A stretch of 32,000 nucleotides of DNA from Synechococcus elongatus PCC 6301 (GTDB taxonomy: Bacteria > Cyanobacteriota > Cyanobacteriia > Synechococcales > Synechococcaceae): the NCBI RefSeq assembly GCF_000010065.1, contig NC_006576.1, positions 2,550,001-2,582,000 of the forward strand, in the 5' to 3' direction. Position numbers and translations under genes: made by a program. The notes beneath the pieces are model-generated. The model was not told the DNA's origin. It ran no database searches and saw only the letters and a list, made by a program, of their open reading frames with translations. Positions 1-8,734 of the stretch are shown here, one piece after another (the stretch's first letter is position 1; each line of letters begins with the position of its first letter).

Positions 1-1
1 C

Positions 2-145
2 AAGCCAGATGGCACGCCCCGCAAGCTCGTCGATGTTCAGCGGCTGACCCAGTTGGGCTGGACTGCTCAAACTTCGCTAGAACTGGGGTTGCGACAAACG
101 CTGGATTGGTTCTTGGCCCATCGTCTGCAAGAAGCTCGTCTCTAA
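2..145 (+). CDS. C-terminal fragment of GDP-L-fucose synthase-like NAD-dependent epimerase (truncated by window edge)
   Basis: Hand translation from base 2: KPDGTPRKLVDVQRLTQLGWTAQTSLELGLRQTLDWFLAHRLQEARL*, matching the typical C-terminal pattern (PDGTPRKLxDVxRLxxLGW) of GDP-fucose synthases. Confidence 0.75.
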   Translation, partial: KPDGTPRKLVDVQRLTQLGWTAQTSLELGLRQTLDWFLAHRLQEARL

Positions 146-191
146 ACAGCGCGATCGCAACTGTCCTGTCTGTCCTGGCTTTTCGGTTGGA

Positions 192-1586
192 GTGAATTTG
201 CGAACCATTCGGGCTGAGCTGCAACAGTTCCTGCAGCTAGCGATTCCCTTGGCGGCTGCCCAAGTTGCTCAGGCGGCAGTGGGCTTTGTCGATACGGTGA
301 TGATGGGGCGACTCGGCCCGGAGCCCTTGGCGGCTGGGGGCTTAGCTTCAGCCCTTTTCCAGTTCATTTTGGCCACGGCTAGCGGGGTCGTGATGGCAGT
401 CAGCCCGCTGGTAGCGGAGGCCCAGGGAGCGGGTAAAGACTACAAAATTGCGGCGATCGCGCGACAAGGTCTGTGGCTGTCGGTGCTGCTGGGGCTGCCG
501 GTGATGCTGATCATCAGCCAGCTTGCCCGCCTGATGCCAGTGCTGGGGCAGTCGGCAACCACGATCGCCCTGGCCCGAGACTACTGGATGGCAGTGCTCT
601 GGGGCATCATTCCCGGCCTTGGGTTTGCCATGCTGCGGGGCTACGTTGCAGCCCTTGAGCAGGCTCGGATTATCCTGCCGTTGGTGTTGTTTGGCACGCT
701 AGTCAACGGACTGGGTAACTATTTGCTGGGCTACGGACAGCTAGGGTTTCCACGGCTGGAACTAACGGGCTTGGGCCTCTCAAGTGCCCTGGGGCTCTGG
801 GTGATGTTTTTGGGCCTGCTCGCCTATACCGCCTGGCAGCCGAAGCTGCGCCGCTATCCCTTTTGGCAGGACTGGCGACGGCTGCAGCCGTCGATCTGCC
901 GTCAGATTTTGCAATTGGGCTGGGCGATCGCGGTCACGGTGGCCGTGGAATTTGGCCTGTTTACAATCATCACAATTTTGATGGGAGCGATCGGCGTCGA
1001 GGCTTTGGCCGCCCATCAGACAGTTTCCCAAACAATCATCTTGATTTTCATGGTGCCCTTGGGCTGTTCCTTCGCCGTAACTGTGCGCGTTGGCTGGTGG
1101 TTGGGTCGCCAGGATGGCCTTGGAGCTCGACGTGCCGGTCTGGTGGGAGTAGGGGCGATCGCCCTGTGGATGCTGTTACTGGCGATCCCTCTGGCTCTAT
1201 TCCCCCGCGCGATCGTCGGTATCTACGTGGATCTCAACAATCCTGTCAATGCCGGACTATTGAACTTGGCTTTACCCATGCTGCGCGTTGCCTCCCTGGC
1301 GCTGGTGCTCGATGGTGTGCAGCGTGTCGCGATGGGAGCGCTACATGGCCTGCAAGATACTCGCATTCCGCTGCTGCTTAGTCTGCTGGCTTTTTGGATG
1401 GTTGGGGTCGGCAGTAGCGCGATGCTAGGGTTTCAATTGGGTTGGGGCAGCACCGGTCTCTGGATTGGTCAATCTTTGGGCGTGGCGATCGCAGGGGGAC
1501 TGTTCCTGCAGCGCTTTTTGAAATTGACCCAAAATCGAACATTCAAGCAACGCCTGCAGCCTCAGCCGCTAGCTACTCATCCCTAA
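192..1586 (+). CDS. MATE family efflux transporter
   Basis: 464 aa, about 12 hydrophobic segments; PLAAAQVAQAAVGFVDTVMMGRLGPEPLAAGGL and GVEALAAHQTVSQTI are MATE/NorM-like. Confidence 0.9.
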   Translation: MNLRTIRAELQQFLQLAIPLAAAQVAQAAVGFVDTVMMGRLGPEPLAAGGLASALFQFILATASGVVMAVSPLVAEAQGAGKDYKIAAIARQGLWLSVLLGLPVMLIISQLARLMPVLGQSATTIALARDYWMAVLWGIIPGLGFAMLRGYVAALEQARIILPLVLFGTLVNGLGNYLLGYGQLGFPRLELTGLGLSSALGLWVMFLGLLAYTAWQPKLRRYPFWQDWRRLQPSICRQILQLGWAIAVTVAVEFGLFTIITILMGAIGVEALAAHQTVSQTIILIFMVPLGCSFAVTVRVGWWLGRQDGLGARRAGLVGVGAIALWMLLLAIPLALFPRAIVGIYVDLNNPVNAGLLNLALPMLRVASLALVLDGVQRVAMGALHGLQDTRIPLLLSLLAFWMVGVGSSAMLGFQLGWGSTGLWIGQSLGVAIAGGLFLQRFLKLTQNRTFKQRLQPQPLATHP

Positions 1587-1621
1587 TTGCACTGAATCTT
1601 GAGGACTGGAGTCCCAGACTG

Positions 1622-1963
1622 CTAAGACGGGGATTGTAAGCCTTGCCCCCAGGCATGCAGCCCCTCCAACACTGGCAGCAGGGCTTGTCCACGCTCGGTC
1701 AAGGCGTATTCAACGCGGGGTGGTACTTCTGGATAGACCGTGCGATCCAGCACTCCATCCGCTTCAAGTTCACGGAGCTGGCTAGTCAAGACTTTTTGGC
1801 TAACCCCAACGAGCGATCGCTGCAGATCAGAAAAGCGACGCACCCCCTCCGCTAGCTCCCGAATAATCAGCAACTTCCAGCGACCTTGCATCACCCGCAG
1901 CGCTACTTCGGCAGGGCAATTGCTGTGATCATGACTTTCTAAATAGCCGGATTCTGAATCCAT
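1622..1963 (-). CDS. HxlR-family winged-helix transcriptional regulator
   Basis: 113 aa; CPAEVALRVMQGRWKLLIIRELAEGVRRFSDLQRSLVGVSQKVLTSQLRELEADGVLDRTVYPEVPPRVEYALTERG is a classic HxlR core. Confidence 0.9.
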   Translation of the reverse strand: MDSESGYLESHDHSNCPAEVALRVMQGRWKLLIIRELAEGVRRFSDLQRSLVGVSQKVLTSQLRELEADGVLDRTVYPEVPPRVEYALTERGQALLPVLEGLHAWGQGLQSPS

Positions 1964-2070
1964 ATTTACAAACAGCTAACCAACGTACTTTTGGCTTCGT
2001 TCTTGTCAAGAATACTGACCAGAAGTCACACTGATCAGTAAGGAAATGCGATCGCAGCTTGCAGTCTCAA

Positions 2071-2102
2071 TTCACTAATTGATCCGCTGACTAATGAGTG
2101 AA
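2071..2102. promoter_or_regulatory. Imperfect inverted repeat upstream of the CDGSH gene
   Basis: TTCACTAATT (2071-2080) / AATGAGTGAA (2093-2102), one mismatch over 10 bp, 12-nt spacer. Confidence 0.3.
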
Positions 2103-2157
2103 AGATAGGCCTAGATCTCAATTCAGAAAAGAGGCAATCGCTCCCTAACCGCTGTGA

Positions 2158-2439
2158 ATGGATGAAACCATGTCGATGCTTAGTCCTCATTCTATCCACT
2201 TAGAAGCAGGCACCCATGCTCTCTGTGCCTGTGGTCTGAGCAAATCCGGTAATTTCTGTGATGGCTCGCACCAAGGCTCTGGTAAAGTTCCCCAGATTCT
2301 CAAGCTGGAACAGCCTAAAACTGTCTACCTCTGTAACTGTAGTGCCAGTGGCAACCAGCCCTTTTGCGACGGCAGCCATACTCGCAGCGTGAGTCCAGTG
2401 GCGACCACTCGCAAGCCTTGGTGGAAGTTCTGGGGCTAG
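2158..2439 (+). CDS. CDGSH iron-sulfur domain protein (two CDGSH motifs)
   Basis: 93 aa with CACGLSKSGNFCDGSHQG and CNCSASGNQPFCDGSHTRS; exact start uncertain (2158 or 2170). Confidence 0.9.
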   Translation: MDETMSMLSPHSIHLEAGTHALCACGLSKSGNFCDGSHQGSGKVPQILKLEQPKTVYLCNCSASGNQPFCDGSHTRSVSPVATTRKPWWKFWG

Positions 2440-2531
2440 GGCTAGCTGTTCAAATCGACTTGTTAGGTTGAGGAGAGTCGGCGCGATCGCATGAGATCCC
2501 CAGTGGGTCTAGCCGGCGTCGACACCCCCAC

Positions 2532-3338
2532 TTGGAGACTTCTGTCTGCAAGGCCGATGTCATTCCACTTTTGTTGGCTTCATTCTCGGTGACTGTGATG
2601 GTTTCGACTGCTGATGCCCGCTCGACTTTAACAACCCCGCTGTTTCGACCGGCAGCGGATCGCTTCCATAGCCAAATCGAGTGGCTGGATAGTTGGCACA
2701 GTTTTAGTTTTGGGAGTCACTACGACCCTGCTTGGATGGGCTTTGGGCCGTTGCGCGTGATCAATGACGACACGATCGCGGCAGGACGTGGTTTTGGCAT
2801 GCACCCGCACCGCGACATGGAAATTGTCACAGTCATGGTTGACGGTGAGCTGACCCACCAAGATTCGCTGGGGAACCGCGAGGTGCTGCGGGCCGGAGAA
2901 GTGCAGCGGATGAGTGCTGGCACCGGTGTCGTTCATAGCGAAGTCAACGCGAGCGATCGCGCTTGCCGGCTCCTGCAAATCTGGATTGAACCTGTTCGTT
3001 TGGGGATTCCCCCTGCTTATGAGCAGAAGCCCTTTGCGCTCGCGACGGGCTGGACGCCGTTGCTCAGTCCCACACCCGATCAAGAGAGTATGGCGATCGA
3101 TCGCCCCATCCGACTTTGGCGGGCGCAACCTGCTCCGGGCACGACCTTAGAAATCCCGATCGCGGCGGAAACCCTCGGCTGGATCCAGCTGATTGATGGA
3201 GCTGTCACGGTCGAGTCTGAGGCTGGCACTTCCCAGACTCTGGTGCGTGGGGATGGCCTCGGTTTCAGCCAAGGCCAAGTCCAGCGGCTAACTAGCAGCC
3301 AAGCAGGGACTGATCTCCTGTTGTTTGAGCTGGTTTAG
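2532..3338 (+). CDS. Pirin-family protein; N terminus of the ORF probably over-extended
   Basis: HSFSFGSHYDPAWMGFGPLRVINDDTIAAGRGFGMHPHRDMEIVTVMVDGELTHQDSLGN is the pirin cupin core with metal-binding histidines. A later start near FRPAADRFHSQIEWLDSWHSF is likely. Confidence 0.9.
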   Translation: METSVCKADVIPLLLASFSVTVMVSTADARSTLTTPLFRPAADRFHSQIEWLDSWHSFSFGSHYDPAWMGFGPLRVINDDTIAAGRGFGMHPHRDMEIVTVMVDGELTHQDSLGNREVLRAGEVQRMSAGTGVVHSEVNASDRACRLLQIWIEPVRLGIPPAYEQKPFALATGWTPLLSPTPDQESMAIDRPIRLWRAQPAPGTTLEIPIAAETLGWIQLIDGAVTVESEAGTSQTLVRGDGLGFSQGQVQRLTSSQAGTDLLLFELV

Positions 3339-3363
3339 CAACCGCTCAGCCAGAGGCAACCTT

Positions 3364-3393
3364 TGAGCCCTGTTTCGATGAGAACAGGGCTCA
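3364..3393. terminator. Putative bidirectional terminator between convergent genes
   Basis: Perfect 11-bp stem TGAGCCCTGTT (3364-3374) / AACAGGGCTCA (3383-3393), 8-nt loop, between the pirin stop (3338) and the stop of the minus-strand CsgG-like gene (3413). Confidence 0.75.
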
Positions 3394-3412
3394 GACCTTT
3401 AGCCTTTCAGTG

Positions 3413-4426
3413 TTAATTGGCGAACTTTGCAATATCTCCCACTTTGAACTGAGAGCCAGAGACAATTTCACCAACACTAGAAGTGCTATCGACTTCTGTA
3501 ATTCTGATCTGACCAATGGGTTGGCTGAGACGGCGAATCACTTGCCCCGTTGTTGGATCTTTAATAACTTGAGTGACGCGCTCAATCACAATTCGAGAAC
3601 CCACTCGGATACCCGCAGAGGTTCCTTTGTTTAAAATGACTTGACGTCCGACAACCGCTGCAACGACAGCATTAATCGAAGGAGAGACTGGGGCGATCGC
3701 TTGTAGCTTTTCAGAGGCATTGATCACCTCTTTGGCAACTTGGTCAATGGCTTGCTCTGTGGCGATAAAGACTAATTTTTCTGGGTTAAAGGTTTGAGAA
3801 CCACCCCCAATTCCCAAAACAGTAACCCGCGAATCAGAATGGCTAATATTGCCCGTTCCCTCTGCCACAGCCAAAATTTCGGCTGTGGAGGTGCTTACCA
3901 TTCGAATATTGATTTGGGCGTAGGCATCGACATCGGTGGAGTTACCGCCAATACCAAACAGGAAGGAACCGCCAGATTGCCGAGTTTGCAGATCGAGGCG
4001 TGTGACAGAGCCGATAATGACGGCATCGACGCCTAAAATCTTGCCAATTTGAGCGGCAGTGGAGGGATCAGTCCGTCCTGAAGCCCCTAGATTTTGTTCA
4101 TTGAGTACGGCGTCAATGCGACTCCGTTCAATCAATGTGTAGGTGCCATCTTTTACGAGTCGATTGACCAGAATATCGCTGACACCTTTAGAGACGTTAG
4201 GAAAAGCGGAAAGGACAGAGGGAGAACTGACATTGCTGAAGTCAAAGTCCAATACAGCAATGCGCCGCTTAGCTTGGTTTTGAGCTAACAGCAGTGGTTG
4301 CTTGGCCTTGATCACCAAAGACTGTTCAGCACTAGTAGCGATCGCTGGAGTCTGAATGAGACCTGTCAAAAGGCTGAGATTCAAAACTAGAAAGTGCTGG
4401 GGTTTGAGCATTTTTGACAGCAGCAA
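3413..4426 (-). CDS. Secreted CsgG-like (curli production assembly/transport component) protein
   Basis: 337 aa with N-terminal hydrophobic signal; RRIAVLDFDF...VSDILVNRLVKDGTYTLIERSRIDAVLNEQN...AAQIGKILGVDAVIIGSVTRL is the CsgG-family core, with a C-terminal extension VVGRQVILNKGTSAGIRVGSRIVIERV. Confidence 0.8.
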   Translation of the reverse strand: MLLSKMLKPQHFLVLNLSLLTGLIQTPAIATSAEQSLVIKAKQPLLLAQNQAKRRIAVLDFDFSNVSSPSVLSAFPNVSKGVSDILVNRLVKDGTYTLIERSRIDAVLNEQNLGASGRTDPSTAAQIGKILGVDAVIIGSVTRLDLQTRQSGGSFLFGIGGNSTDVDAYAQINIRMVSTSTAEILAVAEGTGNISHSDSRVTVLGIGGGSQTFNPEKLVFIATEQAIDQVAKEVINASEKLQAIAPVSPSINAVVAAVVGRQVILNKGTSAGIRVGSRIVIERVTQVIKDPTTGQVIRRLSQPIGQIRITEVDSTSSVGEIVSGSQFKVGDIAKFAN

Positions 4427-4543
4427 AGTGCTAAACGGGTGAATTAGCTCAACAGTGTATCAGCCCTTGAACACTCAAATTGACTCAGCTCAGAAAGTGA
4501 GTGAAAGCAGAGCGGCTCACGGCAGACTGCATCAACTTTTTGC

Positions 4544-7120
4544 CTAAACGGTTGTGACCCGATCGCCCTCCAGTGTGGTTGCAGACTGTAGAGTTTCAGT
4601 CGACCGCAGGTTGAATAAGGTTTGACCTTCGGCATCCGTACCCGTGACTGCGATCGTGCTGATCGATCGCTGCCAGAGGCGTTGATCGCTGGCAAAAATG
4701 GCGAGTCCTTGGCTGGGAGCCGGTAGGAGGGCAATCAAGCGATCGCGTTTATCGGTGAATCGGAAGGCGTTGTTGCCTAAATCACCGGCGCGACAGAGGC
4801 GCAAGAGTCCGAGCGGCAGCCGCTTGACTAAACCGAGTGTCGAGACAAGCAGGAGGTCTTGGCCCGAGGGCAGACTCAAGCAGCCTAGTGGTTGCTCGCC
4901 CTCCCGTAGGCGCAGGAGTCGTGGTTGACCTCGGGATATGCGACTCGCCAGCGGCAGTTCCGACAGCGACAAGCGCAGCAAACGACCACCACTACTGCCG
5001 AGCAAAACTTCTTGTTGGGGCGCACAGAGGCAGGCAGCTTGGATGATTTCTTCCTCCGCCAACTTCAGCAGTTGCAGTCCTCGATTAGAAATTTCCGCCA
5101 GCTCAGTCAAAGCTAGCCGTTTGACACGCCCTTGACTGCTGAGCGGCAGCAGCGATCGCTCTTCACTCGCAAGGGGCAAGAGTAGGGTGGCGGCGATCGC
5201 AGTGGACTGGCGACCGGTGGGCAAGAGATTGGCGATCGGACCCGGATGCACTTCACGCAGCGATCGCCGGTAGGCGCGGCCCTCGGCAGTGATCACCAGG
5301 AGATCTTGTCTGGGATCCGCCCACTGCAGAACTTTTGGAAAATCCGTTCGCTCTTGAGCGCCGGACTTAGCCTTCAGCCACGGTTCCAGTTCAGTAGCAC
5401 TGGCAGCCTGCAGTTGCTCGCGATCGCTGAGGCAAAGCCAAGTCGATTCTTGGAAAGCAAAGCGCGGTGCAATGACTGGGGCAGAATCTGGGACTGCCGA
5501 GTCGGTTGCCGAGTTGAAGATCAGCTCGCCTTGAATTGGGCCGGCCGTTGCGGGTGTCGGAGCACTGATAGGAGCAACTGGTGCAGTGACTTGTCTAGGA
5601 GCAGCGATCGCTTCCGGTGGGATTTCCGGTAAGCGGGTGCGGTGCGGACTACCAAAGCGCCGTTTCAGGTCACGCAGATCTTTCTTCAGCGCTTTGAGCA
5701 GGGTAGGGCGATCGCCTAACAGGGTTTGCAGGCGGGCTTGTTGCTCCCGCAGGTTAGCCGCCTCCTGCTGCAGTTGCTCCTGCTCTAGGCTGGTGATTCG
5801 TCGCATCGGCATCGAGAGGACGGCATCGGCTTGGCGTTCATTCAAATCGAAGTGAACCTGTAGGCGCGCCCGAGCCGTGCCTCCATCCGGTGATTGGCGC
5901 AGAATTTCGATCAGACCATCCAAGTCACTAAGGCTACGCAGCAAGCCTTCCAAAATCATCAAGCGGCGTTCGGTCTGCTCGAGCTCATGCCCATAGCGGC
6001 GGCGCAGCGTTCCTTCCCGAAAGCTGAGGAACTGTTCCAGCAGTTGCTTGAGGCTGAGTTGCTGGGGTTGACCTTCGACGATCGCCAGCAAAATAGCGCC
6101 GAAGTTGCTCTGCAGGGCCGTGCGTTTGTAGAGCTGCTCCAGCACCTTGTCCGCTTGGGCATCGCGGCGCAATTCAATTACCACCCGCATTCCTTCGCGA
6201 TCGCTTTCATCGCGAATATCAGCGATGCCCTGCAGCTTGCCGTCATTGACTAAATCGGCAACTTTTTCAATCCAGCCCGCTTTGCTGACTTGGTAGGGCA
6301 GTTCCGTGACGATGATCACCGGCCGACGGTGGCGGCCTTTCCCCGGTTGAATTTCTTCGATACGAGCGATGCCGCGCACCGGAATACTGCCGCGACCTTC
6401 GAGATAGGCATCGAGAATCCCTTGGCTGCCAATCACTTCCCCGCCAGTGGGAAAGTCGGGGCCGGGGACATAGCGCAGCAAGTCGCGATCGCTCAGTTGG
6501 GGGCGATCGATCAGGGCAATCAACGCATCGACAATTTCGCCCAAATTATGGGGCGGAATGTTGGTTGCCATGCCAACAGCAATGCCCGAGCAACCATTCA
6601 GCAGCAGGAACGGAAGCTGAGCCGGGAGAACTGAAGGCTCCTGTTGGGAGTTGTCGAAGTTGGCAACAAAATCAACGGTTTCTTCGCCGATTTCTTCCAG
6701 CAGTGCCACATGACTCACCGGCGCTAAGCGCGTCTCGGTGTAGCGCATCGCGGCGGGCGGATCGTTATCGATCGAGCCAAAGTTGCCATGCCCCGCCAGC
6801 AAGGGATAGCGACTGCTAAAGTCCTGTACCAAGCGCACAAGCGCGTCGTAAACTGCCTGATCGCCGTGGGGATGATACTTACCCAGCACGTCACCCACCA
6901 CCCGCGCACTTTTGCGGAAGGGGCGATCGGGGGTCAAACCCAGTTCATGCATGGCATAAAGAATGCGCCGCTGTACTGGCTTGAGGCCATCGCGAGCATC
7001 GGGCAAGGCCCGACCCACGATCACACTCATGGCGTACTCCAGATAGGAGCGCTGCATTTCTTGGTGGAGTGCTGTCGGCAGAATGCGATCAGCGCCGTTG
7101 AACTGGATCGAGTCGGTCAT
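4544..7120 (-). CDS. Type IIA topoisomerase subunit A (GyrA/ParC-like)
   Basis: 858 aa; [75 protein letters not shown] (catalytic Tyr region). No QRRGGKG GyrA-box seen in the C-terminal domain. Confidence 0.95.
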   Translation of the reverse strand: MTDSIQFNGADRILPTALHQEMQRSYLEYAMSVIVGRALPDARDGLKPVQRRILYAMHELGLTPDRPFRKSARVVGDVLGKYHPHGDQAVYDALVRLVQDFSSRYPLLAGHGNFGSIDNDPPAAMRYTETRLAPVSHVALLEEIGEETVDFVANFDNSQQEPSVLPAQLPFLLLNGCSGIAVGMATNIPPHNLGEIVDALIALIDRPQLSDRDLLRYVPGPDFPTGGEVIGSQGILDAYLEGRGSIPVRGIARIEEIQPGKGRHRRPVIIVTELPYQVSKAGWIEKVADLVNDGKLQGIADIRDESDREGMRVVIELRRDAQADKVLEQLYKRTALQSNFGAILLAIVEGQPQQLSLKQLLEQFLSFREGTLRRRYGHELEQTERRLMILEGLLRSLSDLDGLIEILRQSPDGGTARARLQVHFDLNERQADAVLSMPMRRITSLEQEQLQQEAANLREQQARLQTLLGDRPTLLKALKKDLRDLKRRFGSPHRTRLPEIPPEAIAAPRQVTAPVAPISAPTPATAGPIQGELIFNSATDSAVPDSAPVIAPRFAFQESTWLCLSDREQLQAASATELEPWLKAKSGAQERTDFPKVLQWADPRQDLLVITAEGRAYRRSLREVHPGPIANLLPTGRQSTAIAATLLLPLASEERSLLPLSSQGRVKRLALTELAEISNRGLQLLKLAEEEIIQAACLCAPQQEVLLGSSGGRLLRLSLSELPLASRISRGQPRLLRLREGEQPLGCLSLPSGQDLLLVSTLGLVKRLPLGLLRLCRAGDLGNNAFRFTDKRDRLIALLPAPSQGLAIFASDQRLWQRSISTIAVTGTDAEGQTLFNLRSTETLQSATTLEGDRVTTV

Positions 7121-7230
7121 GCCTTAGCCAAACTGGCGATCGTTGTCGCAGTAAGCAACGTGGCCTAGCATAACGGACGCTTTCGACCTGCTGTGGCAGA
7201 CTCCAAAGTCAGTGCTTGCGAGGTCTGGTG

Positions 7231-7632
7231 ATGGCGACCTTACTCTTGGTCGAGGACGACCCTACCAATGCTCGGGTCCTTTCCCGAATCTTGGAAAAAC
7301 GGGGTGGCTACACCGTCCAGCACTGTGAAGATGTCGCCACTATCCTGTCCGTTTGTGCCAGCGGCGCGATCGCCCTTGTCTTACTCGACATCTCCCTCGC
7401 CCACAGCACTTATCAAGGTCGGCAACTGAATGGCATCGAAATTTCCCAATTGTTGCGTCAAAATCCCAAGACCGCGTCGATCCCGATCGTGTTGTTGACA
7501 GCCCACGCCATGATTGGCGATCGCGATCAGTTTCTACAGGCTAGCCAAGCCGATGCTTACATCGTCAAACCAGTGATTGACTACGACGCTTTTCTGCAGC
7601 TGATTCAGCAATTACAGGCGGTGCCCCGTTAG
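7231..7632 (+). CDS. Single-domain response regulator (CheY-like receiver)
   Basis: MATLLLVEDDPTNARVLSRILEK...ALVLLDISL...IPIVLLTAHAM...ADAYIVKPV; contains the acidic pair, phospho-Asp, T/A and K motifs. The ORF track starts at 7216 but the in-frame ATG at 7231 fits better. Confidence 0.9.
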   Translation: MATLLLVEDDPTNARVLSRILEKRGGYTVQHCEDVATILSVCASGAIALVLLDISLAHSTYQGRQLNGIEISQLLRQNPKTASIPIVLLTAHAMIGDRDQFLQASQADAYIVKPVIDYDAFLQLIQQLQAVPR

Positions 7633-7720
7633 CCCTAGCAGGTTAGAGTCGGAGCGGGGTTGACGGCAAGTTAAGTGAATTTTGCGATCGCCCGTACCAA
7701 GTCACTGAGCGATCGCTGCA

Positions 7721-8632
7721 ATGCCCCTACCGGATTATCAAGCCCTAATGCTGCCGCTCTTGCGATTACTAGCAGATCAGCAAGTCCATCGAACTCGCGA
7801 CGCTATTGAAGCCCTAGCAGGGTCTTTCCAATTAACACCTGCTGAAAGACAGCACTTGTTACCCAGCGGCAAACAATTTACATTTGACAATCGAGTTGGT
7901 TGGGCACGCACCTACCTCAAGAAAGCAGGATTAATTGACAGCCCTCAACGAGGATTTTTGCAGATTACGACTATAGGGCAGGAAGTACTCCAACAAAATC
8001 CTCCGAAGATCGACGTTAGCTTTCTTGAGCAGTTCGATAGCTTTCGAGAATTTCGAGGGCTATCTGATACGAATACGGTTACTCCCGCGATCATGAATCT
8101 GACTCAAACTCCGAATACCCCTGAAGAAGATTTAGATGCGGTCTATCATCAGCTGCGGTCTGCTCTCCGGTCTGATTTGCTGCAAACGATCAAGAGCTGT
8201 TCGCCCGCCTTTTTTGAGTGCCTAGTTGTTGAACTGTTGGTGGCAATGGGCTATGGCGGCTCGCGTCTTGAGGCGGGTCAAGCGATCGGCCGAAATAACG
8301 ATGAAGGGATCGACGGCATTATCAAAGAGGATCGCTTGGGTTTAGACATTATCTATATCCAGGCGAAGCGTTGGGAATCAGTTGTTGGTCGCCCCGAAGT
8401 TCAAAAATTTGCAGGAGCACTGCAAGGACAACAAGCCCGTAAAGGCATCTTCATCACGACTTCGACCTTCTCCAAGGAAGCTGCCGATTATGTTCGTAAG
8501 ATTGAGTCAAAAATTATTTTGATTGATGGCCAAACGTTAGCCGAATACATGATTGATAACAATGTTGGTGTGGTGGTTGAAGCAACCTATGAGTTGAAGC
8601 GGATCGATCGCGATTACTTTACTGAAGACTGA
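7721..8632 (+). CDS. Mrr-type restriction endonuclease (N-terminal winged-helix plus Mrr catalytic domain)
   Basis: 303 aa; C-terminal SPAFFECLVVELLVAMGYGG...NNDEGIDGIIKEDRLGLDIIYIQAKRWESVVGRPEVQKFAGALQGQQARKGIFITTSTFSKEAADY, with D...QAK variant of the PD-(D/E)XK motif typical of Mrr. Confidence 0.9.
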   Translation: MPLPDYQALMLPLLRLLADQQVHRTRDAIEALAGSFQLTPAERQHLLPSGKQFTFDNRVGWARTYLKKAGLIDSPQRGFLQITTIGQEVLQQNPPKIDVSFLEQFDSFREFRGLSDTNTVTPAIMNLTQTPNTPEEDLDAVYHQLRSALRSDLLQTIKSCSPAFFECLVVELLVAMGYGGSRLEAGQAIGRNNDEGIDGIIKEDRLGLDIIYIQAKRWESVVGRPEVQKFAGALQGQQARKGIFITTSTFSKEAADYVRKIESKIILIDGQTLAEYMIDNNVGVVVEATYELKRIDRDYFTED

Positions 8633-8734
8633 AGGTAATTCATGACAGTCACGCTAACGGATGAGCGGTAACTGAGCGATCACAGCTGAAGCCATCAGAG
8701 ACTTGATCAGCGATCGCAGTCCCCTCAGGAGCTA

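Noticed and set aside
473-1639. Plus-strand ORFs 473..658, 863..1381 and 1442..1639
   Set aside because: Out-of-frame shadows of the well-supported MATE gene, with Arg/Pro/Ser-rich low-information translations.
2628-3128. 166-aa minus-strand ORF antisense to pirin
   Set aside because: The plus strand encodes an unambiguous pirin core; the antisense translation has no recognisable fold or motif.
4698-7168. Multiple plus-strand ORFs opposite the topoisomerase gene (for example 5246..5632, 5894..6253, 6788..7168)
   Set aside because: Antisense to the conserved GyrA/ParC coding frame.
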